Positions 25,195 to 39,428 of a DNA stretch of 64,000 bases are shown here, piece by piece. Source of the DNA: Octopus sinensis (lineage: Eukaryota); the NCBI RefSeq assembly GCF_006345805.1, contig NC_043002.1, forward strand, positions 99,200,001 to 99,264,000. The letters run 5' to 3'. The notes under the pieces were generated by a model. The model saw only the letters and a program-made list of their open reading frames with translations. It was not told where the DNA came from and ran no database searches. Numbering within the stretch: position 1 is the first letter of the stretch; every line of letters starts with the position of its first letter. The translations under genes were made by a program, and so were the position numbers.

Positions 25195-25398
25195 GTCTGT
25201 GTTTGTCCCCTTAGGCGTTGCTTGACAACCGATGCTGGTGTGTTTACGTCCCCGTTACCTAGCGGTTCGGCAAAAGAGACCGATAGAATAAGTACTGGGC
25301 TTACAAAAAGAATAAGTCCCGGGGTCGATTTGCTCGACTAAAGGCGGTGCTCCAGCATGGCCGCAGTCAAATGACTGAAACAATTAAAAGAGTAAAAA
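24961..25398 (+). mobile_element. CORE-like SINE with RTE-like tail
   Basis: Same family as 19987-20392, opposite strand. Confidence 0.9.
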
Positions 25399-25714
25399 TG
25401 AGTAATGTATATTATATTATGATCTAAAGATGCTACAAATTTAGCGCCTTTAATTCAATTTACTAAAGTCTGATTCAGTTAATTATTGTTAAATTCAGTC
25501 CTTTAGGTTTTGATTTAATATAAGCTTTCATAAATACGAAAACACAACACACCCTAGCTGAAACACACGCATACACATACACGCGCGTGTACGTGTATTT
25601 GGTTTTTCTTTCAGATTGCATTTTGAAGTGTTGAGAAATTTGAAAATGCATCTTTTGCGAAATAAATGCAAGTGTAAAATACGAATACTGCTACAAAATA
25701 ATTGCCTCATATTT

Positions 25715-26380
25715 TGACTCGAGGGCAGCAGTTTTATTAACTAGTAGACTGATCCAGTAGTACACAAGTATTTCAATTTATCGATCCCGGATGTATGAAA
25801 GGCAAAATTGACCTCGGCGTAATTTAAACTTGAAACGTTAAGAGCCAGAAGCAATGCCACTGAGTATGTTATCCGACGCACTAACGAATCTGTCAGCTCG
25901 CCGATTTACGTAGGGATAAATAATCCTTTTTGAAATAGGCACAAGGTCTGAAATTTTGTGGGGATGGGTAGTCAGTCTATTACATCGACCCCAGTATTCG
26001 ACTGGTATTTATTCAATCTAATCCAAAAAGATGAAAGGTAAAGACGGCCTTAGCAAAATTTGAACCCACAATACATAAACGGCCGAAATACCGCTATGCA
26101 TTTTATCCGGCTCTGTAACAATACTGCCCTGGAGCTGCCTTAATTAGCTATAAATAATACATTTTACTAAAGGCACAAGGCCTGAGATATTTTGAGGAGG
26201 GTACTATCGATTACATCGAGCCCAGTACTCCACTGTTACTTAATTTATCGACCCCGAAACGATGAAAGGCAAAGTCGACCGCGGCAGAATTTGAACTCAG
26301 AACACAAAAACGGCCGAATTGCCTTAAAGCATATTGTCTTTGTCCTGCGCTGTAACGACACTGCCAGATAGTTGCCTGAT
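25715..26380 (-). mobile_element. Three head-to-tail diverged tRNA-derived SINE copies (core family)
   Basis: The gatgaaagg.aaagtcgacc...aatttgaac motif recurs at ~25795, ~26030 and ~26262. Confidence 0.75.
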
Positions 26381-26564
26381 GAAACTATAAATAATACCAT
26401 ATAATATATGAGGTACCAAAAAATCTCCTTGCGTTGACGATTTTATATAAATATTTACATTCCACAGATGAGCGATTGATTACTGCTATTTTTTAAAAAC
26501 ATGTATGTATGCACGCACGCACGCACACACCACACACATACACACACACTCACACATGTACGCA

Positions 26565-26606
<42 letters not shown>

Positions 26607-26759
26607 ATAAATAGAAATATATACATACATATATATATGTGCGTATATCTATCTATCTTATATATATCTCTGTCTCAGTCTCTGCCCCTCTTTCTCTTTC
26701 TCTCTCTCTCTATACATACAATATATATATATATACATACATATATATATATATATATA

Positions 26760-26798
<39 letters not shown>

Positions 26799-27378
26799 TT
26801 TGTATTGCAAACATGTGCATAGCAGAAAAAAAAAAAAACAAAAACGATTGTGCTTATTCTATAATCCGTAACTCCACTCCATTACCTGGTTAATAATCAG
26901 AAAGGGTATTTCACATCCCATAAAATCTGTCGTTTGTATGTGTAAGAAATGAATAATATCCAACAGTTGCCTAGAAATCTGCATAAACATGTTCATGTAT
27001 TTACATATCGAGAAATCATGTTGGTTGTATGTTGGTTCACAGATGCATAAAGAAGAAATTTATACAGATTTGCACTACGTGTATCTAATACCTCTGTTAC
27101 TGCATAAAGTTTACAAACTTTCTCAGGAACTGTTTGGATCCTGGCATTTGTGTTTAGCTATAAAATTCAATGAAATGTTTTACGGTTTATTTTAATCTAT
27201 TCACTTTTTCGATGTATGTATTGTTGTATACGCACGAAATTGCCACTCGTTCTCAACCAATAATTTACCTGTAATACACGTGTTTTGTTTGTAAAATACC
27301 GTAAAAGTTGTCAAGTAAATTGGTTTCATTCTTAAATATACACACATATACATGTATGTAGTCTCGCAGCTTCTCTCT

Positions 27379-27414
<36 letters not shown>

Positions 27415-27603
27415 CCACTCACTCACTCACTCACTTTCTGTCTCCCTCTTCGTATATGTGTCTGTATGCTTGTGTATACATATACGCATGAATACATGCA
27501 TACAGGCATGTATAATATATTTACATATATATATGTGACCTCGTGAGTATTACTGGTGATTTTTTCCCTCTGTCTTCCCTTCTCGGAATTTTTCCTTCTC
27601 CTA

Positions 27604-27742
27604 TGTTTCCGACGAAGAGTTCCGCTCGAAACGTTAAACACTCCTTCTTCCCTTCTTTCCTGAGCGTCCAATAATACTTTATTTGTTCACGTCCTCGCGT
27701 TGTTTTTATTTTTTGTTCTTTTTTGTTTTCTTGTTTGGATAA

Positions 27743-27745
<3 letters not shown>
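27604..27745 (+). mobile_element. PLE-type terminal repeat with a CCGACGA hammerhead-like motif (copy 1 of 3)
   Basis: tgttt-CCGACGA-a-GAG(ttccg)CTC-GAAA-cg-TT-aaaca with a 5-bp stem I, then ctgagcgtccaataatact...ccacgtcctc. Also at 28892-29025 and 46161-46300. Confidence 0.7.
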
Positions 27746-27817
<72 letters not shown>

Positions 27818-27887
27818 TATATCTATATATATATTATACATATATATATATATACACAAACATATATATATATATAGTATATATATT

Positions 27888-27923
<36 letters not shown>

Positions 27924-27935
27924 GTATACATATTT

Positions 27936-27972
<37 letters not shown>

Positions 27973-28350
27973 CACCTAGCTCGCTAGGATAGATAGATCG
28001 ATAAATAGGTAAGTAGGTAGGGAGGGAGAGGTCGGTAGGTCGGTAGATAGGTAGGCGACGTGCAGGTAGACAGACAGACAGACGACAGATAGAATATACA
28101 CATAGACACACGAGCACACATATGTATACGATTGGCGCAGGTTGAACTTTCAGAACAGCTGATGTCAGTTACATGCGGAGCTACATACATCAATGAGTTA
28201 GCAAAAGAAATAAAAAGAAGATAAAAGAAAATTACTTGTCGAGGAAATTCAATACCTTATGAGATTGCTGATGTATGAATGAAGGTATTGCGCATTTCTC
28301 ATACGATGCGTGTGTGTGTTTGTCCTATCTATCTATCTATCTATCTATCC

Positions 28351-28478
<128 letters not shown>

Positions 28479-28795
28479 TTTTTTACTCTTCCCCTTTTTT
28501 CCTCTTTTTCCTTTTCTTTTCTTTTGTTTTTTTTTCCCTTTCATGATCCCTTTTGATCGAAAACCTACGCCACTTTTTGTTTTGTTTCTCTTGTTTTTTG
28601 TTTTTTTTTCATCTCTCAAAAGAAAAGCTCTACCTTGTAATTTGTCCCATCTGTGTGCAGCCCTGTGTGGCCAATAAAGAAACTTATCTATCTATCTATC
28701 TATTTATCAATCTATCTATCTATTTATGTGTCTACTTTTCTAATACACGCATATATATATATATATGTTTATGTATACATACATACCTATATACC

Positions 28796-28868
<73 letters not shown>

Positions 28869-28891
28869 TAGATATATAAATATATTCTCCT

Positions 28892-29025
28892 ATGTTCCGA
28901 CGAAGAGCTACGCTCGAAACGTTAAACCCTCCATCTTTCCTTCTTTCCTGAGCGTCCAATATACTATATTTGTTCCACGTCCTCGGTTGTGGTTTTTTTG
29001 TGCTTTCTTGTTTGGATTAACTCTC
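28892..29025 (+). mobile_element. PLE-type terminal repeat with hammerhead-like motif (copy 2)
   Basis: CCGACGA-a-GAGC(tac)GCTC-GAAACGTT, with downstream sequence shared with copy 1. Confidence 0.7.
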
Positions 29026-29040
29026 TATATATATTTATGT

Positions 29041-29125
<85 letters not shown>

Positions 29126-30090
29126 CATACACACACAAAAGGATAATTATATTAAAAGGGAGTCTGTGGGAAAATTCATTTAAATAAAAGAGTTGGGAAT
29201 CAGTTTTGAGAACCACTGTGGAAATTTTGGCAACCCGTGCCTTAATTTTACCAACCTTAGGAGGTACCTGTTGTACCAGTAGTGGCGCTCACTCTGCTCC
29301 AAGCATTTGAACCGAACAACACCGTCATAGGGTATGGACACATACCTAACAATTCTTATCAATGTATGTTATGGCTTGCTATGAAGAAATATACGCAATG
29401 TACTTCCCGGCGCAATGATTTACCCTGGGTCCTATAATTCTACTAAGAAAACCCTGGAGCTGGGTTCCCGAACTGTAGATACCTTTTTCACTGTCTTCCA
29501 TTTCACCTTTGCAGATGCCCCTGTAAGGCGTGACGAGCACAGCCTTCCCTCCTGTGAAAAAAATTTAACTGTCTTCCACACACTCATCGTAATGCGTGTG
29601 CTACTCTTTCTCTCTGATTTGCATTCCACCGCTGATATTGTTTTCTATTCTTGGTAAGACCTGGTTCAGTCGCCCTATTGTGGGCAGTCATCCCGTTATG
29701 AGCATAGAGTATTTTATTTTCTCACACACAGAAGGCACAGACTTGATTTTGTGGTTAAAGCAATTTCGCTTCGTGACAATGTTATCTGCTTTAGTTTCCG
29801 ATTTGACTCCGAAACAGCTAACACATTGTGAGTGAATTTAGTAAATTGAAATTTGGGCAGAAGAATCCTTTTTGTATGTGTCAGCGTCGAAGTCGAAGGT
29901 TTTGTAACTGACGGGGACAGTAATTGAATATCACCTAAAAAATAAAACTGGATCCCATTAAATAGGCAAACTATTGCATAATCAAATTCCTGTATATAGA
30001 AAGAACTATGTTGTGTGGAAAAAGTAACTGCCTAACCGAACTCCTGTTGACTCTATCTTATTCATATATATGTATGTATTATATATATAT

Positions 30091-30134
<44 letters not shown>

Positions 30135-30195
30135 AACATCTATTCTCGTGCATGTGTTTATACGTGCATCTATCTATCTATCTATCTATCTATCA

Positions 30196-30246
<51 letters not shown>

Positions 30247-30302
30247 CATCTATCTATCTATCGATCTATCTATCTACCTATCTATCTGTCTGTCTATCTG
30301 TC

Positions 30303-30335
<33 letters not shown>

Positions 30336-30376
30336 TTTTCTATCTGTCTGTCTGCCTGTCTGTCTGTCTATTTGTC

Positions 30377-30418
<42 letters not shown>

Positions 30419-31339
30419 CATCTAGCTGTCTGTCTGTCTGTCTCTCTCTATATATCTATCTATCTATCTACCTGTGGCTATATGTATGGGTGTGAAGCCC
30501 TTTACGTTTATGCTTCTCTCCACTTCACAACTGATGTTTATACCTTTACGTCCTTGAAACTTAGCAGTTCAGCAAAGAGAGTTCGATAGAATAGGTACTA
30601 ACCTAAAATCAAATAAGAATAAGAAGGGCGATTTGATCCGTTAATTCCTTCACAGGAAACTTAATACCTGCGAAACTTAATACCTAAAGCGAGTAAATCA
30701 GTACATCCGTCACTAGAATTTCCTACAAATCTTTCCTTCAGTCAGTAAGGTGTGACTTTATTAAATTTCGACTGCTATTTCTAGCTGATCGAGCGACCAC
30801 TAAGAGACCTTCCTCTTTGAACTATCATCAAGATAAAACGCACGCATATATGTGCACAGGTGTGCGCGTGTATGTGTATGTGTGTGTGTACGTGTGTAAC
30901 GTACATAATGTATGTCTGTGTGTGTGTCTGTGTATGTGTATGTCTATAATGAATGTATCCTATGTCACCACCTGTATATATATATATATATGTATCTATA
31001 TGTATCTATATGTATATATAGGTATCGTGTATGTGAGAATGATTACCTGTTGGACGCTACACCTGGTGTACACTGGAAGTGAAGCTCAGGTAAGAAAATC
31101 GTTATTGCTGTCGTATTGTTACTACAGTAAAAATATCGCAATGCAACAGTTTCATCTCTCCCTTCGCTTTTCTCTTTCTCGCACTCCCATCCTCCCTCCC
31201 TCTCTCTCTCTCATACACGTTCTCCTTCATTATGGCCTATAACTCAATACCTTTGTCAACTGTTCGTTCAGTCATTCCCTTTATCCTCGAAACATTTTCT
31301 CTCTCTCTGTCTTCTCACTCTCTCACTTACTCAGTCTCC

Positions 31340-31464
<125 letters not shown>

Positions 31465-31511
31465 CATATATTATATATATATATATATATACGTATATAT
31501 ATATGTGTGTG

Positions 31512-31543
<32 letters not shown>

Positions 31544-31721
31544 TGTAATAAACACACACACACAAACTTTATATCATATACATGAATGAATCTACGTATA
31601 CCTGCTTGCATCTATATGTGTCTCTCCTTTCTTATATATATATATATATGTGTGGTGTGTGTGTGTGTATGTGTGTATGTTTGTCTGTGTGTGTGTATAC
31701 AAACACATATATATATATATT

Positions 31722-31947
31722 TCTTTCATACCCACAAGGGGCTAAACTTAGAGGGGAGAAACAAGGACAGACAAAGGGATTAAATCGATTACATCAGCCC
31801 CAGTGCGAAACTGGTACTTTATTTATCGACCCCGAAAGGATGAAAGGCAAAGTCGACCTCGGCGGAATTTGAACTCAAAACGAAACGGCAGACGAAAGAC
31901 GGCTACGCATTTCGCCCGGCGTGCTAACGTTTCTGCCAGCACGCCGC

Positions 31948-31948
<1 letters not shown>
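31722..31948 (-). mobile_element. tRNA-derived SINE (core family), near full length
   Basis: Head ggcggcgtgctggcagaaacgttagcacgccgggcg, core, and tail agccccttgtgggtatgaaagaaat. Confidence 0.9.
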
Positions 31949-32006
<58 letters not shown>

Positions 32007-32559
32007 GCACATATATATTTACACATATATATACAGACATATACATATATACCCATATATATATCCATTTACATACATGCATATATACAAGTGTGTTTGT
32101 GTGTATATATATATATATAATATATATATATATATACATATATACACACTGCACACACTCTCTCACTAACACACACACGTACATACGCACACATTTTCGC
32201 TTCATTTCTGTTAAATATTCCGAGCACTATCTGCACCATACACACTTATTAAGATGTTAAATTATAATTGTGAAGTCGAGGAAAATCGATTGAATTATAT
32301 TTAGAAAACAAAGAAGAAAAACAAATTTATTTTTTGCGTCTTTCACAAAGACTTGTATTTTATAGAAAAAAAACCAAAAAAAAAAAAAACAAAGATATTT
32401 GAAAACTAAACAATAAACACTTGTCCGTTTTCAGAAATAAAAAGAGATAGGGCTTGGGTAAGTGAGGGAAGAAGTTCGAAGGAGTAAGAATAAATATACT
32501 GTTGGAAGGTTTTCAACATGAGACGTGTTTTGATGACAACATCACTCGTGTTTCTAACC

Positions 32560-33470
32560 TTTAAGCTATCAGCCATGACTTACAGGTATATAGGATGACG
32601 TGTGTTGTCGCATGGCAATGTGTATTTGAGTTATTATACGTTGTGTACCTGTGTGGTTGTGTGCGCGTTTGTGAGTGTTTATGTGTGTGTGTACGTGCGT
32701 GGCTATGTATGTATGAGAATGCATGTTTTGCACGTTTGTGCATTGGTGTGTGTGCTGGCGTGTTTCTGCTCTTGTGAATGCATATTTATCTCCCTGCATG
32801 GGTGTGTGTCTGTGTGTATGTATGTTCATGCACGTATGTGCATTTTTGAATGCTTTTCTCTGTTTGTCCGCATGTGTACTGGTATATGTATACGCATGCG
32901 TGCTTTTTTGTGCGTGTGTGTGTGTGTGTGTTGTTACATGTATATGATTCGAATGTGTATGTGTCCATGCATGTGTGTACGCGTGTATGTTAGTGTGCTC
33001 ATGCTGTTGCTTACTGGTGTAATTTTGTGCTATATGTGTGTGTTCGTGTATTTGGCTAATTGCGGCCTATGTATAACCTGCTTCCTGTGTACGTATGTAT
33101 GCGTGTGAGCGATTCTCTATTCGTATGTATGCGTATGGACTGGAATTTGCACATATATACATTTGTGTGTGTGCGTATGTGTATGCGTGTCTTATGTGCT
33201 TCTGGTTATACGTGATTCAATGTATACGTTTGTATATATGTTCTTGTGCATATTACCGCGTGTGTTTGTGTGATTGTGGTCAGGTATTCATGTCAGTACC
33301 TTAAATGCTCCTTGTGCGTATGACTGAATTTGTACATACGCGAGCATGTGTGTGTGTTTATCCTACTATTCTGTGCTTATATGAATGTCTGCTTGATTGT
33401 GCACATACGTACGTATTCACAGATGTGTTTATAGTGTTTGGGTATGATCTGTATCTGTGTGTATGCGTCT
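32560..33470. repeat. Degenerate (GT/AT)-rich low-complexity tract
   Basis: About 900 bp of imperfect tgtgtgtatgcg-type repeats. Confidence 0.8.
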
Positions 33471-33870
33471 AGATGCGCGCCTGCGCGAGCTCTTCGACTA
33501 GTGTATGTCATCAAATATTGATAATTCTTGGCCTTTCTCTATCAATGCTGAATATTGTCATTCTGCTTCAGTCTTACTTTCTCCACCTCGCCTTTTCTCT
33601 TTCTCTAACTCTTTCTCTTCCGCTCTCAATCTTTCACGCTATCTCACTCTCTCTCTCTCTCACCCTTTCACTCTATCCTTCTTCCTGTCTTCCCTCAAAC
33701 TCCGTCGCCAGTATCGGCAACGCTTGAGGAAGAGCAATGAAATGACGTTAGCATTTATTTTTTACACGAGTCTACAGTGATGTTTGACTGCAGATACACC
33801 TTTAATTTGGTTGTCCATGTAATGTCTTTCTCATTTAGTGCCCCCATGTCAAATAATAATAATAATAATG

Positions 33871-33925
<55 letters not shown>

Positions 33926-34042
33926 TGATGATGATGATGATGATGATTATGAGGATGATGATGATGATGATGTTGATGGTAATAATAACAATAACAACAA
34001 TAATAATAATTACTGTTACAGTTTTTGTTGTAGTTATTCTTG

Positions 34043-34086
<44 letters not shown>

Positions 34087-34590
34087 GAGTGAGAGAGCAG
34101 TGCATGCCATCAAAGTGACACTGGGGTAAAATATACGAAGCCCAGTATACCCATCATGACTACCCGTCTGATAAGAGTACACCAGGCACATGCATCACAA
34201 CCATATCTGCACGACATGGTGATCTCATATCAGGATAAATAGCACATGACCTTGCAGGTGGGGCCCAGTTAGAATTTTCTTCAGGTCGAGTAGCCCATCC
34301 TGCTCAAAAGATCCCTGAATAACGGTTGTTTAAGGATGTTGAACGAAACACCCATGTTTCTAAAGGTGAATTATCCAAACCCTAAAGAATTCCTCTCAAC
34401 ACATGGCTATGATGCTCCTCCACTACTTCTGCTCGTGATCAGAGGTGCGCATATCGTCAGCCACTAAGGGACGTGCTCAACTGGTTAAGGTTAAACAGCT
34501 GATAAGCAAATCTGTGGTACTGAGCAGAATGTTTGCTGTAGCCCATCTTTTATACCAAGACAAAACAATGTACATGATAACACTTCCAAT
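34087..34590 (-). mobile_element. TAA-array-associated ~560-bp non-coding element 'E', copy 1 (one end shortened)
   Basis: Aligns along its length with 38442-38999. (ATT)n on both sides. Strand is assigned by TAA polarity. Confidence 0.85.
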
Positions 34591-34612
34591 ATTATTATTA
34601 TTATTATTGGAT

Positions 34613-35150
34613 GAGTGAGCAGCGCACGTCATCAAAGTGACATTGGGGTACAAATAAACGAAGTCCAATATACGCATCATCACTATTCATCTGATAAGGG
34701 TACACCAGACGTATGCATCACAACCATATGTGTGCAACATGGTGATCTGATATCAAGATAAACAGCGCATAACCTTGTAGGGAGGATCCAGTTAGAACTA
34801 TCTTCAAGTCGAGTAGCCTATCCCGTTCATAAGATCCCTGAATAAGGGTTGTTTAAGGTTGATGACAGAACACTCATGCTTACAGAGGTGAATTATTCAA
34901 GCCCTAAAGAATTCCTCTCAACATATAGCTATAATCTCCTCCGCTGGTGATCAGAGATACACATATCAGCCATTAAGGGACATGCTCAGCTGGTTCAGGT
35001 CATGCAACTGACAAGCAAATTTGTGGTATTGAGCAGGATATTTCCTGTAGCTCATCTTTTATACCAAAACAAATCGTGCATGATAACACTTCCAGTCACT
35101 TAATATCAGAGGCCATGACAGTCAGTGTCTGGTGTTGCATAAAGGCATTT
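34613..35150 (-). mobile_element. Element E, copy 2 (diverged, near full length)
   Basis: gagtgagcagcgcacgtcatcaaagtgac...ggcattt, flanked by (ATT)n. Confidence 0.85.
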
Positions 35151-35182
35151 ATTATTATCATCATTATTGTTGTTGTTATTAT

Positions 35183-35455
35183 TCATATACACACAACTAA
35201 TTATAGTGTTGGAAAAGAAAACAAATCTAACATCAGGTTACAACCAGTAGCCTTAGATGTCAAGAACCCTCCTAAGTATCCTAGCTGTCCCTAATAACAT
35301 TGTTTGCTGGAGCTGTTCTAAACTGGATTTTATACCCATTTCTTCCATCCACCTGTTCACATATTTAGGGATTGTTCCCAATGCACCTATAGCTACTGCG
35401 ATATATTTTCCCCACACTTTCCAAATTTCTCTGAAATTCAATGGCAATGTTCTAG
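35183..35455 (-). mobile_element. R4/Dong-like family D 3' fragment
   Basis: EIWKVWGKYIAVAIGALGTIPK...LQQTMLLGTARILRRVLDI*. Confidence 0.8.
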
Positions 35456-35495
35456 TATTATTATTATCATTATTATTATTATTATTATTATGATA

Positions 35496-37531
35496 TTTTT
35501 TTTTATTCTTTCAAATTTGCTTCCATTTCTTGCCGAGTGTCTTCCCGACTCCTAGGGCAAAGAAACTCATAGTATTCATTGGTAGGCCATTAAACCAAAC
35601 TCAGTAGTTCGTTAATTTTTTTTTTTTTTTTTTAAGTTAAATTAAAATACATGAGCAGCAACAGTTCTTACATCGACAATGCTCTTCTCAATACGTGTGA
35701 TGTACCAGTTAAGACAATCTTTTGTACTTCTTGCAGGGATGGTAAGCCAGGGATCATTCTCATATAATTTTCGGTTCCCTTCTTGATAATTCCTAGTGCT
35801 CCTACGATCACTGGTATTGTAACCGCCTTGAGATGCCACATTTTCTCAATTTCAATGAGTAGGTCTTTATATTTTCTGAGCTTGCCAAACTCTTTCGCTG
35901 AGATATTATGATCACAGGGGATGCTCATGTCGATCAATAAGCAAACTTTATTGTTTTGGTCTTTCACAACAATATCTGGTTTATTGGCCTTGATGGTTCG
36001 GTCTGTATGTACTGGAAAGTCCCACAGAATGGTTACATTTTCTCCTTCAGTTACAGCCTCGGGGTGGTGATTATACCACTTGTCGGCAGTTTTGATATTG
36101 TAATGCCGACTTATTAGCCAGTGGAGATATTGGCCAACTCTGTCATGTCTTAATTTATACTCCACTGGTGCTAAGACTTTACATCCAGAGATTATGTGGT
36201 CCACTGTTTCAATCATGTCGTTGCAGAATCGGCATTTTGGGTCTGCTCCATTTTTCATCACATTGGCCTGGTAGTTCCGGGTTAATAGGCTTTGATCTTG
36301 AGCAGCCAGGATGAAACCTTCGCTCTCTGCTTTTAGCCCTGAGCTCCGTAGCCACTGATGGGTTTGCTTCTGGTCAACATCAGCTTGTTTGCTGCGGGTC
36401 ACATATTTGCCGTGCTGAGGTTTCTCCTCCCACCTATCAGCCAATTGCTCGTGCGCTTTTTTCATTGCCATCATTTTCACCTTCTTTGCAACAATAGTTG
36501 CCGTACTTCCCTCGGGTTGTTCAGTTTGGGTATCCTGCACGAGATCAATAGCAAATTTTTTGCTTTCCTTTATGATAGAATGAAGCTTCTTTCGTCTCTC
36601 GTGATTTTCCACGAGCTTTAGCATCCAGTCATTCGATATTTCGAGATATTTGGCCAGTCCAATTGTGGTTGTTTTGTAAGCTAGTTCAAATTGGATCAGG
36701 CCTCGACCTCCTTGGGCTCTGGGAAGGTAAAGGCGATCTACGTCTCCTTTGGGTGGTGCATCCTATTACAACTCAGCAGCTTGCGTATTTTTCTATCTAT
36801 ATTCTTTACTTCACTCATATTCCAGTTCAACACATTGTAGCTATAAGTAACAACTGGAACTGCTAAGGAATTTATAGCTAACACCTTGTTACGTGCATTT
36901 AGTTCAGATTTCAGGACTGCACGAACTCTCCTATAACATTCCTTCCTGATTTTCTCTTTCATGCTTGCATGCTGAATACCAGAGCCTTCATTTATCCCTA
37001 AATATTTGTATGTTTGTTCTTGCTCAAGCTCTCTTATGACTGTGTCAACATCTAACACGACTGAATTTGTGGTCTTCACTTTCCCTTTCTGGAAAGTGGC
37101 CTTGGCACACTTCTCAAGTCCAAACTCCATCCCGATGTCATCGTTGAATGCTTTCACGGTGCGCAATAGGCCTTCAAGTTCATTATTGTCTTTACTATAA
37201 AGTTTTAAGTCATCCATATAAAATAGATGGCTTATTTTTTTATTGGCAATTTTATACCCATACCCTGTTCTGTTTAATTCACTTGTAAGGGGTATTAGGG
37301 CTATGCAGAATGTTAAAGGTGAAAGTGAGTCACCTTGAAAAATTCCACAGTTGATGTTTATATTTTCTGAGGCAAGTACTCCATTAGAGTGGTATAATTG
37401 GAGATTCGTATTCCACAACGACATATTGTGCTTCAGGAAGTTTGAAATCACAGGGGAAATTTTGAAGATGTCCAGCGATCTCAAGATCCATGGATGCGGT
37501 ATACTGTCGAAGGCATTTTTATAGTTAATCC
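35496..37531 (-). mobile_element. R4/Dong-like family C, 5'-truncated ~2.0 kb; RT, CCHC and RLE with one frameshift near 36740
   Basis: NYKNAFDSIPH, GIFQGDSLSP, HLFYMDDLKLY, MEFGLEKCA, then in a shifted frame DVDRLYLPRAQGGRGL, ESEGFILAAQDQSL, CRFC..MIETVDHIISGC, KPDIVV..LIDMSIP..KY, ending LRRALSM*. Confidence 0.95.
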
Positions 37532-37596
<65 letters not shown>

Positions 37597-37887
37597 ATTA
37601 TTATTATTATTATTATCATCATTCCATTCAACTCAACTTTCCACTTATTCCTTGTAGAATTTATGTAGGTAGCGGTTACCGCCTGTAACTTTAGATATGA
37701 TCAGGCTTTCAATAATCTTTCAAGTTCTCAAAACTCCTCTGATAAACTTTTCTGTCCTTAAGATGCAAATTGTCTGTAGAAGTACATTCTGTTCCAATCT
37801 CCTTTAATTATTTGTCTATGACATTTTCGCAAATGTTGTAGTTGTTGGTACTGTTGTTTTTTTGTTGTTGCTGTTGTTCTTCTTTTT

Positions 37888-38420
37888 GTGTGGCAGAGCA
37901 GTGTATGCCATCAAATTAATACTGGGGCAATAATATACGAAGCTCAGTATGCCCATCATGACTCCTCTTCTGATAAGGATACAACAGGCGCATGCATCAC
38001 AACTATATGTGCGCGTCACAGAGATCCCTTATCAAGATAAACAGCGCATGACTTTTCAGGTGGGACCCAGTTAGAATTTTCTTCAGATCAAGTAGCCTAT
38101 TACGTTCAAAGGGTCCCTGAATTAAAGGTTGTTTAAGGATGATGAACAAAACACCCATGTTTCCAAAGATGAATTATCCAATTCTTAAAGAATTCATCTG
38201 AACACAAGGTTATGATGCTCCCCCGCTACACTCTGCTCGTGATCAGGGATGCACATATCGTCAGTCACTGAGGGATATGCTCAAATGCTTATGGCCAAGC
38301 AAATGACAAGCAAATTGAGCTGAATGTTTGCTGTATCCAATCTTTTATACCAAGACAAAACAATGGACATCCAATCAGTTAAGATCAGAAGCCAATGCCT
38401 GGCACTGAATCAAGGCATTT
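37888..38420 (-). mobile_element. Element E, copy 3
   Basis: gcagagcagtgtatgccatcaaattaatactgggg...caaggcattt(att)n. Confidence 0.85.
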
Positions 38421-38441
38421 ATTATTATTATTATTATTATT

Positions 38442-38995
38442 GAGTGTGAGAGCAGTGCATGCCATCAAAGTGACACTGGGGTAAAATATACGAAGCCCAA
38501 TATACCCATCATGACTACCCGTCTGATAAGGGTACACTAGGCACATGCATCACAGCCATATGTGCGCGACATGGTGATCTCATATCAAGATAAACAGCAC
38601 ATGACCTTGCAGGTGGGGCCCAGTTAGAATTTTCTTCTGGTCAAGTAGCCCATCCCGCTCAAAAGGTCCCTGAATAAGAGTTGTTTAAGGATGTTGAACG
38701 AACCACCCATGTTTCCAAAGGTGAATTATCCAAACCCCAAAGAATCCCTCTCAACACATGGCTATGATGCTCCCCCACTACTTCTGCTCGTGATCAGAGA
38801 TGCACATATCGTCAGCCACTAAGGGACATGCTCAACTGGTTAAGGTCAAACAACTGATAAGCAAATCTGTGGTACTGAACAGAATATTTGCTGTAGCCCA
38901 TCTTTTATACCAAGACAAAACAATGTACATGATAACACTTCCAATCAGTTAAGATCAGAAGCCATGAGAGCCACTGCCTGGTACTGCATCAGGGC

Positions 38996-38999
<4 letters not shown>
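38442..38999 (-). mobile_element. Element E, copy 4 (best preserved, 558 bp)
   Basis: (att)n-gagtgtgagagcagtgcatgcc...gtactgcatcagggcattt-(att)n. Confidence 0.9.
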
Positions 39000-39315
<316 letters not shown>

Positions 39316-39386
39316 GTTGTTATTATTATTATTATTAATATTATTATTATTATTATCATTATTATCATTATTTTTATTTTTATTAA

Positions 39387-39427
<41 letters not shown>

Positions 39428-39428
<1 letters not shown>

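Noticed and set aside
29515-29653. Possible 139-bp exon (ctttgcag| ... |gtaaga) with one open frame
   Set aside because: The peptide has no recognisable homology and no partner exons were found; such splice-like pairs arise by chance.
38900-38999. HDV-like or hammerhead ribozyme at the aaatgccctgatgcag end of element E
   Set aside because: I could not assemble P1/P1.1/P3, and CTGATGC is not followed by a hammerhead GAAA and stems. A covariance search is needed to exclude it fully.
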